Below are positions 22,001 through 32,652 of a DNA stretch of 34,140 nucleotides, piece after piece. This DNA is from Catajapyx aquilonaris (lineage: Eukaryota). The stretch lies in the NCBI GenBank assembly GCA_000934665.2, contig KZ539219.1, positions 1-34,140 on the forward strand, in the 5' to 3' direction. Below the pieces are notes generated by a model. That model made no database searches, was not told the DNA's origin, and saw only the letters and a program-made list of their open reading frames with translations. The translations under genes were made by a program, and so were the position numbers. Numbering within the stretch: position 1 is the stretch's first letter; every line of letters begins with the position of its first letter.

Positions 22001-25000
22001 GTCCAGATGCAGTACGTCCGGGGATGTTCCGTCCTTGCACTGTTGGCAGTGGCATAGCGCGGGGGCTGGCGGTGCCGGTCGGCTGCGGTCCTTCTTGCGT
22101 CGCTTACGTGGCTTCAGGACCCTGGGTAGCGTGGTTGTGTCGGTGGTGGCGGCCGGCTCCTCCGTCTGCTTGATCAGGGGTGCTCCCCGTGCGTGCAGGA
22201 CCAGCCTGGTGAGCTCCTTCTTGGGCGGCCGGGTCCTCCCCGGTGCGGTTGAGAACAGCGGTGCTCCTCCGGCCCACCCCAGGAAAGGGTTGTTGGCCTG
22301 CCTGCTGCTGCGTTGTTGCTGCGGGTGCGTGCTGACCAGGGAGAGCCCGGTGAGCCTCCCCACCACGTCCAGCGCAGCAGGGCTCATCTCCACACTGCCC
22401 TACTGATTCCCAACTGTTTGTGTGTGCATTATCTCTCTTCTAGAGTGTCTGACTGACCTCCTTTTCATATCCCGCCCGCCCTTTATTTTTCCTTCATCTC
22501 CACCTCCCCGACCCGGCCACACGCCGCCACCGCCACCCACGGGATAGGCTGCTGAGGCTTAAGGTCCTCCCCGAAGCCTCCCTTCCTCCCACAGGTAGCG
22601 TGGCCGAGTGGTCTAAGGCGCTGGTTTTAGGCACCAGTCCGTAAGGGCGTGGGTTCGAATCCCACCGCTGCCAGACAATTTTTAAAATTTATTTTTTCGC
22701 ATTTTAACCAAAACATTGCACTAAATGCATTTTCCTGCCTTAAAAACGCGTCACTCCATTTTTAAAACCTTGAAAATGACTTCACACGAGACAAAACGCA
22801 ATAATAATTACCCGAGTTATGTAACGGGTTTTTTTTTTTCTCTTTTTTTTTGTGCGCGCATACATCCGGAGGTGAATGGGGGTCGATTAAAAATAAATAC
22901 AGAGAGAGAACATTTCGAGAAGGCTTTTTTTTTTTTAAAAAAAAAAAAAACGGTATGTCGCATGTACACTCTAAGAAATGTCCGGGTTAAATGTATTTAT
23001 CCCGGAAAAAAATTAATCAGTCGTGTACACGTGACAAACTGGTTTCTGGAGTCAACAATCCGCTCAAACAGCTTCAATGTACGAAATGAATACAAAATAA
23101 AGGGGGGGGNNNNNNNNNNNNNNNTTTTTTTTTTTAAATGCCAAGACGAATATTTGCAAATATTTGCACAAAAAAATCAGTCCGTGCACACGTGACAGAC
23201 TGGTTGCTGGAGTCAACAATCCGCTCTAACAGCTTCAATTGTGAGAGTACGAAATGAATACAATAAAAGGGGGGGCAAATTTGGCAAATTTTGTGCAAAA
23301 AAAAACACTCGTGCACACGTGACAAATAAACCGGTTGCTGGGAACAACAATCAGTAGGTCTCCAAACAGCCTTAATTTCGAGGGTACGACATGGAGAAAA
23401 AAAACTGGCAAGAAGATATTGGCAAATATTTTGCAAAAAGAAAAATTTAAACAAAATCAGTCGTGCACACGTGACAAACTGGTTGCTGGGGTGAACAATT
23501 CGTACAGCTTCAATTGCAAAGGTGCGAAAGGGGAGGAAAAAAAAAAACATCGCGAAACAATACCGGCAAGGGTGGCAAACTATTTTGCAAAAAAAATTCA
23601 GTCGTACACATTACGACAAACTGAACAGCTTGAATTGTGAGGGTACAAGATGAGAAGGGAAAAAAATCCGACATAAGTTGGCGCAATTTGCAAAAAAAAA
23701 AAACTGGTGGTACAAGCAAAATTACTCAGCTCAATATGCGGCCAATAATATTTGCACACAATAATTGGCGAAAATCAAGGAGCATCCGCGATTCCCCGAA
23801 AAACATTTTATCGATCGGGTCCGGCCATTTTGGATCCGTTTTCCTTTCCCCCCTTATTTCCCCCTCCAATTTTCGCGTGCGAAAAAATGCCAAACCAAAC
23901 TGACACAGTACGGTGTCAGTTTGGCGACAGTTTTTTTTTGCGGTAAAGTGGGCTTGGTCTCCATCGAAGAAGAAAAAAAAAACAAACCCAGATGATCGTC
24001 AGACCATGAATCTTTTTTTTTCAGACCCCCGCTAAACCGGGCAAATGTGCAAAAAAAAAAAATCGCAATAAACCTGCCACTTTTTTTTTTGCTTTGTTCC
24101 GGTCTCAACCTGCTCAAATCACCGTATTTCGTCACTAAAATTGGACACGGTCGCTGACAAGAGAACCTGTACACTATAGGTTATGTCACTCTATTTTTTT
24201 TTTTTTCTTCCTTTGCTAACAATTGCTGTAACAGTTAAGTGCGCTTAATGTACATGGGGTAAGGACTTGGACATACTAAATTCATGCGGACACACTGGCT
24301 GCCTCGGTATTTAATGCATCGAAGGATCTTGCGAATTACGACATGTGCAAACTTGTGAAGTGCTACTTACTACATGGAAAATTTATGTTTGCGGCAAAAG
24401 GAATTACTCAAGGTTTGGCAGCCCAATGGTTACGCTTTTTCCCCCCCAACTTCGGTTGCGCTCCGTGCGCTTCATGCAGCAATAAGGCAACGTGGTGCCG
24501 CACTTCATTAGCGTCCTTTGCCCCTCGAAAGCATTGTATTACGAGTGAAATCTGCCTGAAACTAATTATAAGCTGCGTGATTAGATTTTCAGCCCATTTT
24601 TGTTAAAACTAATCAACATGGATCATTTTGCAGTGTTTGGACCTGCTCATAGAAAATCAGTAACAAAATGAGATAACTGCCTGTAATGTAACTAGGGTAA
24701 AGCGCTCATCAGATACTTTTATCGAGAGTGCGCCTTCCTTCGGAGGGGAAGTAAAGCCGTCGCTCCCGTGTGCTTGCGACATTGTGCGAGTGCACGTTAA
24801 AGATCCCCAGAGTGGCCAAATTTCCAGGAGGAGGACCACCCCCTGGCGTCGGTGTTGAGCCTTAGAGGCAGAAATAGGCCGACGTTAAGCCCCACTGAAC
24901 ACAGATACTTTTATCACACACTCCAGATGGGATTGTTGCGTCTGGATGATATTAGTTAGTTTCCCGTATGACTTATCCGAGCGATTCCATTAATGCGGGT

Positions 25001-27306
25001 TTCAGTGCATGACACATATGCTAGTGTGACATTTGCCAGCTTTCTATAAAGTCATGCTCATGCCAACATACTTTTAACGATGCTGCCCAACCCAATAAAC
25101 GTGAAAACGGCCCTCGCTTTACGTACACTGCAGGTGACATTGCAGCTCTGTTGTTTTGCGCCGTAAATGGCTATCACGTATTCCCCAATATTTCATAATA
25201 ACAACCATTGGAAGAGGCATAATAAATGTTTCAAATTGCTCTGATCAAACAAAGGCTCAAATTGTGCATTGCTTCGGTACTTCAGGATTAATGCTTTTGA
25301 AACAACAAATACTTGGGAAAGCTGTATATGAAACATTCTTAACGCACTCACTCCGATGGTGGATCAACAAATGGAAGCGACTTACCTGCCAAGTTGTCCA
25401 GCAGGTAGGAGAGCAGCTTGTGCGTCCCGTTGGGCTCCCCGTAGACGGACTGGATCTCAGGCGCCAGGGGATTTCCCTTGAGTCCGAGGGCCTGCAGCTG
25501 GAAGAGCTTCCCAATCTCATAGGGCAGGACTCGAAGGTGGTTATTGTTGAGCAGCAGCTCCCGAAGGTAGATCAGGTCCCCGATCTCTGCTGGAAGCGAC
25601 CTCAGCTTGTTGGATGAGAGGTCTAGGTGCTGCAGTTGGGTTAGCTTGGCAATGTCTGGGGGGATGCGCGACAGGCAGTTGTCGTTCAGGTACAGCGATG
25701 TCAGATGCTCCCATGCCCAGAGCTGGGGGCTCAGGTTACGGATTGTACCTGCGAAATATTAAAACGAAACGATAGAGTGCAAATTCATTTCCTAACTCAT
25801 CGATTGGGCATTACGGAATTTGGAAATGCACTGTGCTCTAATTAGTCGTACGCGTTTTCAAAAAGCAGCCTTTTTCCAGTGCTACAAGGTGTAACTCCAT
25901 CCGCAGCACAAAGTACATGTATGCCAACCCTCACATTAGCACATAGTGAATCAGAAAACCATGAAAATAAAAAATTAGCTGCTTGCTGCAAACAAAGGTA
26001 ATAATAATCAGTACATGCTTACATAGTTCTCGTTACAATTTTCAACCTCTCTTGGCTGCACGTCAGAGCATCTCTCGTCTGGTCGTGAGTGGCAATGTGA
26101 TTGGAAGGGTTTGGGTTCAACGCCGTACTAAACCAGGCACATATCGTGACGTATTATTACGTTATTCGTGGTTGTGGTGGTTTTGAGGTAATGATAATGC
26201 CCTCTGACAATGAGCTTTGTTGACATAAGATGCGTACCATGGTATTGGGTTAGATTATTAGGCAAAGTAAACTAAGCCTACGCTTCTCTTTTGAGGAAGT
26301 TGTGCTTCCACATTCGACCTTGCAGGGACGTGAGGGACCTCACATTTCAAAACAAGTTAACAAAGGTCAGTATCAGGCAGGGGAAGAAACTAACCTTCAG
26401 ATTTTCCTACATGAAATATATCTAATTTTTAAATAGAATATTTCTACAAAATATTTGTCCTTGTTATGTGGTTTACCTTGGTTGGTATTCGTATGATACG
26501 TTCAATATTCTAGCGACCATATGAATTCATGTTAGTTACTGAAAACCATTTCGTTCAAGGATGTCAAGTCCGTAAGTTACGCCACAAGGTGCATCATAAT
26601 TTACGGCCAAGGGAGTGCCTATTTAGTATGGAATCTGGCTCCAAATTAGTATTAGCCCCGAGACCTCAATTTGCATGAGAACATTTTGTAACAATGATTT
26701 GTCCATTTAAAAAGAGGTACCAAAAGTTGCAAGATCTGGCAGGTGGCTCATACAAAAGGAACGAGGACACATTGGATGAGATAAAAAGCATAATGCAAAC
26801 AGGATTGTCACTAATAAACTATAACGCAGCGTTTACATGTGAGCGATTCACTCAGCAATGAATCCAATTGTTTGCATCGAAAGTAACAATCGATTTTCGC
26901 CCTCAAACAATTGGTTTCGCTGAATCGCTCGCATGTAAACTAGGCCCAATACTTTTGTAACTTGGTACTGATTAATACACAGCATCAAGTCCCACGCTTT
27001 CATAAGAAATTGCGGCAAAACGTTACAACAGAACCACTCAAAATATCTTCAGTTCTGGTCATACTGTGTGAGGAGAGTAAGAAACAGTTCACGAACTTCT
27101 GGTTACGTTTTGACATTAATGCACTTTAAACCTGAAAGAAATTAGCTCGTCATATTTCAACCTGTGACACACACACACATACCAGTTATCTCCAGCTCCG
27201 GCCAGCGTGACCTCCGCCCTTGGGCCACATCCTCCTGAGACATGATGGTGTGGGATCGACGTGGGTTTGGGGTCTCGTACTTCTCCTTGTTGTGGTTCCG
27301 AGACAT
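16083..27306 (-). CDS. CNOT6: CCR4-NOT complex subunit 6 (CCR4/twin deadenylase), 549 aa; exons 27306-27183, 25748-25386, 19076-19008, 17589-17432, 17299-17145, 17074-16692, 16569-16392, 16302-16083
   Basis: Starts MSRNHNKEKYETPNPRRSHTIM, followed by an LRR exon (GTIRNLSPQLWAWEHLTSLYLNDN), the linker PPQRPWIPL, and EEP nuclease motifs CYNVLCDKYATRQMYGYCP, SLQEVETDQF, DGCAIFF, AHIHWDPEFCDVKLIQ, LCGDFNSLP, FKGVIDYIFY and PSDHF. All introns are GT-AG with compatible phases (1,1,1,0,2,1,2). The exons total 1650 nt and end in TAG. Confidence 0.97.
17917..18972. mobile_element. 1056-bp non-autonomous TIR element (PIF/Harbinger-like ends) in CNOT6 coding intron 3
   Basis: About 205-bp imperfect TIRs (17917-~18123 vs ~18770-18972) starting GGGTGCAGTTTAGAGCCGCAAAA. 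The right flank is TTA and the left flank is CTT, so the TSD is imperfect. Confidence 0.85.
19479..19572. repeat. ~40-bp stem hairpin in CNOT6 coding intron 2
   Basis: ATTCCAAAACGTCAACAACCACAGCGTCCCGGCAACCGGG pairs with CCTGGTTGCCAGGACGCTGCGGTTGTTGACGTTTGGAAT, with 3 substitutions and a 1-nt bulge. Confidence 0.9.
20383..20651. mobile_element. Diverged relative of the 12260 MITE, containing a minisatellite
   Basis: Starts GGGTTAGTCACTTGATACTATAGCATACGACAGAC and ends GTACGAAAGACTTCATAAGTG. Both resemble the reverse complement of the 12260-12539 ends. Confidence 0.6.
20441..20603. repeat. 20/21-bp minisatellite, 8 units
   Basis: Interspersed units CATGAAC(A/T)TTGTCCGGACTT (20 nt) and CAT(G/A)AACTTTAGTGTGGACTT (21 nt). 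Confidence 0.95.
21773..22387 (-). CDS. Intronless uncharacterised protein (204 aa) nested in CNOT6 coding intron 2
   Basis: The ORF coincides with a sharply bounded GC-rich island showing coding-like codon usage. Motifs include a basic NLS-like LPRVLKPRKRRKKDR, CHCQQC, and C-terminal LQVLAEIVTSPLDGHRDLEIRFWS. The first ATG is at 22387 (the track start is a GTG). Confidence 0.7.
   Translation of the reverse strand: MSPAALDVVGRLTGLSLVSTHPQQQRSSRQANNPFLGWAGGAPLFSTAPGRTRPPKKELTRLVLHARGAPLIKQTEEPAATTDTTTLPRVLKPRKRRKKDRSRPAPPAPALCHCQQCKDGTSPDVLHLDTRPPSPEHPILALLDAILAQDDDEVQPEPEVAAAPAPQTCNSGLQVLAEIVTSPLDGHRDLEIRFWSNNTSSGGS
22451..22487 (-). promoter_or_regulatory. Candidate core promoter of the nested gene
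   Basis: On the minus strand, a TATA-like AATAAAG (22487-22481) and a GC box GGGCGGGCGGG are followed ~30 nt downstream of the AT-rich box by an arthropod Inr-like TCAGTC (22456-22451). Confidence 0.4.
22594..22673 (+). tRNA. tRNA-Leu-TAG: tRNA-Leu (anticodon TAG)
   Basis: Acceptor stem GGTAGCG/CGCTGCC plus discriminator A; D-arm GCCGAGTGGTCTAAGGC; anticodon stem CTGGT/ACCAG with loop TTTAGGC (TAG at 22628-22630); long variable arm; T-arm GTGGG-TTCGAAT-CCCAC; T5 Pol III terminator at 22679-22683. Confidence 0.97.
23015..23650. repeat. Degenerate ~130-160-bp tandem repeat (5 units) spanning a 15-N assembly gap
   Basis: The core TCGTG(T/C)ACACGTGACAAACTGGTTGCTGG...ACAGCTTCAAT recurs near 23018, 23177, 23307, 23457 and 23598. 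Ns at 23110-23124. Confidence 0.9.
24724..24901 (+). mobile_element. 5'-truncated SINE with 14-bp target-site duplication
   Basis: CAGATACTTTTATC at 24710-24723 and 24902-24915. The body contains GGAAGTAAAGCCGTCGCTCCCG and GTGCACGTTAAAGATCCCCAG, resembling the conserved central (Nin/Deu-like) domain of invertebrate SINEs. Confidence 0.8.
26829..26940. mobile_element. Short MITE, same family as 28857-29154
   Basis: Inverted ends GTTTACATGTGAGCGATTCA and TGAATCGCTCGCATGTAAAC. The internal AAAGTAACAATCGATTTTCGCCCTCAAACAAT matches the reverse complement of ~28989-29020. Confidence 0.7.
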
Positions 27307-28301
27307 TCCAGTAACACCTGCGTTAGCAAAAAGGTAAATTGTCAGACAACATAGTCGAGGTAGCAGCAATTTCCTTATCCGCTAACAGCTTAGGAATTTA
27401 TATATATAAAAAAAAGGAAAACAGCTGAGGTTACTGCATCACATTGCCTGATAATTGGTCTTTAAAAAACTACACTTATTAATGGGACACAGTCACATTG
27501 CTAAGACCTCTGCGCATACGTACGCAAACCCTGAGCAAAATACTGTGTAACTAAAAGCCAGCTGGGATTGAAACAATGGAATGGCAAAGGTGCCGCCAAA
27601 CAATGCGGACAGTAAAAATAAACCAATAGGTCGATCAACTTGTCACTCTTATATGCATACATGCTATACAAGTTTATGATCCCAAATATATTTTCTTCCC
27701 ATAGAGTGCGGCGCAATGAGTATCTGAACATTACAATTCCGCTTGCGTCAGTCCAATTTACTGCAATTAAGTTCCCTCATGCAATGCTGAATGTGGTGTC
27801 ATCGTCATTGTTTGCACTACTGGAATCTTGCCCGTGCACTTGACCTCCTGGCCTTGGGAATGACTTAGCTCACATAATTATCATCAAGAGCTGCAAGTGT
27901 GCATCTGAAATGCCAGCTTCAACTGTCAGCGCAAATATTTAAAATTCAGCATGCTCAAAATTTGGTTGGTAGTTCAATCCTATCCTTCAGGCGTCAAATA
28001 TTAACTTGGAATGAAACGTGACAATCTGGATAAAAACAAGTAAAATGCTGTTTAAAAATGCCTAATTGACCCCGTCACGATGCATATGCAACAGAGATGC
28101 ATTGAAACGTTTACGCCAGAACCAAACGAAAGCCTAAATGGACAAGTTTCCCCTCAATCCAGGATCGGATGCACCGTATGTTTCAGAATTTAGATCGCAT
28201 CCATTAGCACATGCCTTCGTTGCCTATCATTCATATTTGGAGCATCGGTGTATGAAATTTCCAAGCCTGTGAAATTAGTTGTCTAATGGCGCATGTAACT
28301 A

Positions 28302-28612
28302 CAGTAGAACCTCGATTATCCATCACCCACGGGACCGAGGCATGGTCGGATAATCCGAGGAGCAAAGAAAACTTTAATGAAACACAACAAAAAAAAACAA
28401 CATGAAACCACGAAATAATGTACAATATTACGGTTTACTAAGAAATAGTGAAAAGTATTTATCTTTTACATACACACTCTGTACTGTATTTACAATTTAA
28501 CTAAGGCAATACGAAACAAATGCTTAGTACATTACAGTATTTGATGAGAAAAATATTGCTGGTCGGATAGGATATTCCGAGAGATCAGATAATAATAATC
28601 GGGGTTCGACTG
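28302..28612. mobile_element. pogo/Tigger-like (Tc1/mariner superfamily) MITE
   Basis: TA|CAGTAGAACCTCGATTAT ... ATAATCGGGGTTCGACTG|TA, with a TA target duplication. Confidence 0.85.
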
Positions 28613-28856
28613 TACTTCCAAGGTGACAAGCAACTGGTCCACAAGTTACATTGGTACAACTCTGCACAAGTTTCACTGCACTGAGCACCACTCACCAACT
28701 TACATATGACAAAACGTCAACTACACCATTTGCACCAAATTCCTTCACTATATTAAACCAACCATTGGTCCAGGCATACTCGAAACGATGCCACGATAAG
28801 GTCAACTTCCCACTGAACCGATTGACGAAATTGATCATAGCAACATCTGGATCGAA

Positions 28857-29154
28857 AGGTGCGTTTACATGTGAGCGATTTGACGTGCGAAATCTTCGCC
28901 GAGGCTGACATTAAAGGTTTGTTTACATGCGGGCGATTTGAATGAGCGACGTCATTGCCGAGCAGTAACATCGCTGAGTAACACAAGGATTGTTTGAGGC
29001 GAAAATCTATCGTTACTTTCACCTCAAACAATATTGGTTACTTTGCTTGGCGACGACCTCACTCGTCAAATCACTGGCATGTAACGCACCTCAATATTGG
29101 TTAACTTGGGTTACTCAGCCTTGGCGAAGATTTTGCTCGTACGTAAACGCATCT
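28857..29154. mobile_element. Nested pair of related Harbinger-like MITEs (inner copy ~28915-29091)
   Basis: Outer ends AGGTGCGTTTACATG...AAATCTTCGCCGAGGCTGA and TCAGCCTTGGCGAAGATTT...GTAAACGCATCT. Inner ends AGGTTTGTTTACATGC and GCATGTAACGCACCT. Confidence 0.7.
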
Positions 29155-29205
29155 CACGTGCAATGTACCAACCAAGCTGCTTGAACTGTCACTGGCAACA
29201 CACAT

Positions 29206-29395
29206 CGAGTGGGTAGTAACTTCTTGTCATCCGTAAGTGTGACTTACAATATCCGAGGGGTTTAATCACTTGTCGCTAGTGTACGACGAACTTGACAAGA
29301 CTTCAACCAGCGTGTACGATGTAAAGTGACTAGCATGTCGTACACATGTTACAGGTGGTTACGTCCACAACGCTGTACAAGTTGCTACCCACTCG
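29206..29395. mobile_element. MITE with CGAG-type TIR
   Basis: CGAGTGGGTAGTAACTT / AAGTTGCTACCCACTCG, 14/17 identical to the 12260 TIR. Confidence 0.6.
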
Positions 29396-29464
29396 GCTGC
29401 AGTTTCACTCGTACGCACACTCCGGCAGCTCGGTTGGTCCCAGCAATGTGACACTTACACTTAC

Positions 29465-29950
29465 ATGAGCCAGCACGATGGGTGACATTCGAAGTGAGCA
29501 GACACGCCTCAAATAATTAAAAAAAAAAACTAAATGAAATTTTCTTTAAAAAAAAAAATTATTTTAAAAAAAGGAGCACAAGACAGGAGGAAAGAAAAGG
29601 GAGGGAAAACTGTAGGGTGACTAGGCCTTGCTTTTTCCCCAGATGATATTAAGCAGAGATCCTCCCTCGAAAAAAATGTTGTCCAGTTGTGAGGAGGGGG
29701 GGAGGGGGGGGGGTGAAAGCAAAGTATTTTTTTTTATGTATATATATATATATGTGGAGCGATCCCCCCCCTTCTCAGAGCAGCTCCAAAAAAAACGAGG
29801 AGAAATCAGTGTTACATCGGGGAATAATATACAACACACGGTATTATAGGGGGGGGTTAAGGTGGGGGAAGAGCTTGTGTGTGGGTGGGTGGGGTGGACT
29901 AAAGAGGGGGAAATCTGGCAACGTCGCTGCAAAAATGTGCGTAGTAGCTG
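29465..29950 (-). other. CNOT6: Candidate non-coding first exon / TSS region of CNOT6
   Basis: The ATG exon starts at an acceptor (27318), so an upstream exon is required. A consensus donor CAT|GTAAGT at 29464 follows a homopolymer-rich UTR-like tract. The 5' boundary is a guess. Confidence 0.35.
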
Positions 29951-31544
29951 CAAAGAGCGGGAGAGCAGGATTTACCCTGAAAAAATTGGGGCCCTACGCA
30001 TCTAACACAGCCTGATAATGCATCCAAAGTGTACTAAACAAGCCAGGCCAAATTACAACTCAAGTACATACACTCCTTGACATGTAAATGACATCTGATT
30101 GAAACAAAGCTGCTACTTTTCTCAAAATCGCATTTTTAAAGATATATTGCAAATAATTAGTGTAAATACTGCACTTTCTTATTTAATACTGGCGATTTAA
30201 ATTTGGGGGGGGGGGGGGAATAGCAACAGTGTTTTTTTTGCAAATGATGAATGTGGCAACGTTGCGTTCAAGTTAACCACGCCCACTAGCTGGCTAGACA
30301 GAGGGCGGTCCCATCGCCTCCCCCCCTCCAAAAAATTGCAGTGCAAAATTTTTTGCAAATTAAAAAAACTAACATTAAACCGACCAATTACGCAAAAAAA
30401 ATTGCTAAACGCATTGGTCCGAGGAAAAAAAATATTTCAATCTCAGAAAAAGCTTCGATTGGTGGGCAACAGATGGCGAGACATGCGCGATTTTGCCAAA
30501 ATGTGTGCAATTTTTTTTTTTAAATGTACGGCGCCAATTCAAATTGAGTTGAATATATACATAATCAAGCGATGGGCAATTTTAGAAATATTGGAGTACA
30601 TCATACATGTAGCCTGGAGATTCTCCTTTATTAATTTTTTTTAAAAAAAATCTTTTTTTGTAACATATAATTCTAGCAAAAATGTTTCATAACTTAAATT
30701 TTGATACTGCAAAAATTTACTTAACTAAAATGCCATATCTACATAATTATATGGTTTACACATTCTGTCGGATTTGTATTAAAAATAAATATGTGCTTAA
30801 TTTTTTTCAAGTTCTTTCCTTCTGCTACAGTGGACATGAATATGCGAATAAGTTAATCACGCAAAAATTATAACAAAAATAAACCCGACAAAAAATTCAC
30901 ATAATTAACAAAAGGGAATGCTAGAAAAACAAACATAGAAGCTATATGTTGCTTTGAGTTGCATTTTGCAGTTGTTCAAAAAGTTTGTGAATATAGCTGT
31001 ACATCAGACATTACCTCATTTGCAAGTTAATTATTTTTAGTCCCTGTCATTAACATGACTTTGAGAAATTAAGTTAGATGTGAAAATTATGATTATGGTT
31101 CACTCCCACAGTTGGAGCGGGTACTTGTCTATGCAGTTTAACCCGAAAAAGCTTCAGAAGTGGCATGTTGAGAACCAGCACTAAACCTTAATTTTGTCAT
31201 CCACACAATCCATGTGATTAAAGCCATTCATTAAAAAAAATAGTGTAATAATAATAAATTCTTGCTGTATGTAATTTATTTAAATTTCTATGTAAAAATA
31301 TATATCAATTACATTAATTTGCAGCCATTTCAGCTTACATTTTTACAAACTCTAGTCTTGTTAAAGGTTCAGTGAGGGGCCATTTGTGTGCCTTTGGTGG
31401 TATTAGTTGTGTATAGTAAAAACATGTTGATTTCATTTTAAAGAGAGGCACTCTTCGGCCAGCAGGTGACCATGAGATAAATTTGATTATAGAAAATGTT
31501 TAACATTTTATGATCAAGGGGCAGATGCTCAAGATTCAGGGTCT

Positions 31545-31749
31545 AAGTGAGCCCAAGGGGGTAATCACTCGACTGAAAAGTGTACACTGGAGTACCAAAT
31601 TCAAGGAGTACCACTGAGTAATAAAGAGTGAGGTGCCTGAGGAGCACCAGGGAGTACCACTCCCAGGTGTACACCGGAGTACCGAAGTGATTACCCCCTT
31701 GAGTGAGCCTGGTACCCTGGTTGCCTTAGACTTAGACTTAGACTTAGAC
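31545..31749. repeat. Cryptic short-motif repeat (GAGTACC) plus (TTAGAC)4
   Basis: GAGTACC recurs several times between 31590 and 31683. TTAGAC x4 at 31726-31749. Confidence 0.7.
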
Positions 31750-31799
31750 ATGCTGGGTCTTGACTGAAGCAACAAATGAAGGGCTCTCACAGTAAGTAG

Positions 31800-31950
31800 G
31801 TGCACTTTGAACTTTTTTTTCCCCATCGTTTTAAAGCCTATAAACCTGGTAAGTCTACATACCTGATCATTGCAGAGAATTGCAATGTGGACTTACCTGG
31901 TTTATAGGCTTTTCGCTTTGAAACGATGGAAAAAAAAAGTTCAAAGTGCA
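31800..31950. repeat. Foldback element / MITE-like inverted repeat
   Basis: GTGCACTTTGAACTTTTTTTT..CCATCGTTT..AAAGCCTATAAACC.GGTAAGTC.ACAT (31800-31860) is mirrored at 31885-31950. Confidence 0.85.
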
Positions 31951-32057
31951 CATACCTATACTTATTATTGCAGAGAGGCATTCAATTATTATTGTGGGTA
32001 ATGTTGTAATGGCAAAGGAAACTCATCAAATTTAAGTGGAACCCCACCTGACAGGAA

Positions 32058-32172
32058 AGGTCATTGACCCCATTGCAGCTCCATGGAGTGTCAATATATT
32101 GTGGTAAATACAGGTCATTGACCTGTCACAGAGACAAATATTGCAAAAGGAGACACATCAGGTCATTGACCT
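32058..32172. promoter_or_regulatory. Cluster of three IR1 nuclear-receptor palindromes (EcRE consensus)
   Basis: AGGTCATTGACCC at 32058-32070; AGGTCATTGACCT at 32112-32124 and 32160-32172. The sequences are certain; function is unproven. Confidence 0.5.
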
Positions 32173-32652
32173 CTGTGTTACTATAGACAACGTACCGCAG
32201 CCTGATGGACCATGCTGCAGCCTTTGCAGTCGGTGTGGATCATATCTACGGGCGAGGTACGTCAGCAGTTCGCTGGTGGTTCTTGTCTGGTCGTCATCGT
32301 CGTCGTCGTCATCTGTACTGTCGTCATCGTCGTCCATGTCGTTCGAATCGAGCTGGTAGAGAGGTGTTGGGTCGTCTTCAGAGAATGTCATCAGGAGTGC
32401 CGCAACGACCGTGTCGGGCTGCATGACACTCACCAGGCACGCTGAGGTAAGGCCGTCTGGAAGCATGAGGGAGGGAATGGGCAAGGAGGGACCAGCAGGC
32501 GGCAGCGTCGGTCGGGCGGCATCGTCGTCCTCGCTTCTACTACTACTACTGACGCTTCTTGTGGTGGTGCTTCCTCCCATGCTCGAGACTCCGCTGGATG
32601 AGGAGGCTCCATCGTTGTCCAAGGAGGTACCGCAACAGCAGGACAAAGGCAT
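32158..32652 (-). CDS. Ser/Asp-rich ORF (164 aa; likely start MGGS at 32580), possibly an orphan first exon or gene fragment
   Basis: GC-rich coding-like island with a strong Kozak AGCATGG at 32580, a poly-Asp tract, then SELLTYLARR. Lies directly downstream of promoter-like motifs. Confidence 0.45.
   Translation of the reverse strand: MPLSCCCGTSLDNDGASSSSGVSSMGGSTTTRSVSSSSRSEDDDAARPTLPPAGPSLPIPSLMLPDGLTSACLVSVMQPDTVVAALLMTFSEDDPTPLYQLDSNDMDDDDDSTDDDDDDDDQTRTTSELLTYLARRYDPHRLQRLQHGPSGCGTLSIVTQRSMT

Noticed and set aside
21795..22406. 203-aa plus-strand ORF
   Set aside because: Antisense shadow of the GC-rich nested ORF, with a non-ATG start and no motifs.
22388..22420. Nested ORF as an alternative last exon fused to the CNOT6 LRR exon
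   Set aside because: The LRR exon ends in phase 1. The nearby AGs give phase 0 or 2 or lead into a stop, and there is no polypyrimidine tract.
31726..31749. (TTAGAC)4 as interstitial telomere
   Set aside because: Only four units and not the arthropod TTAGG motif; treated as a microsatellite.
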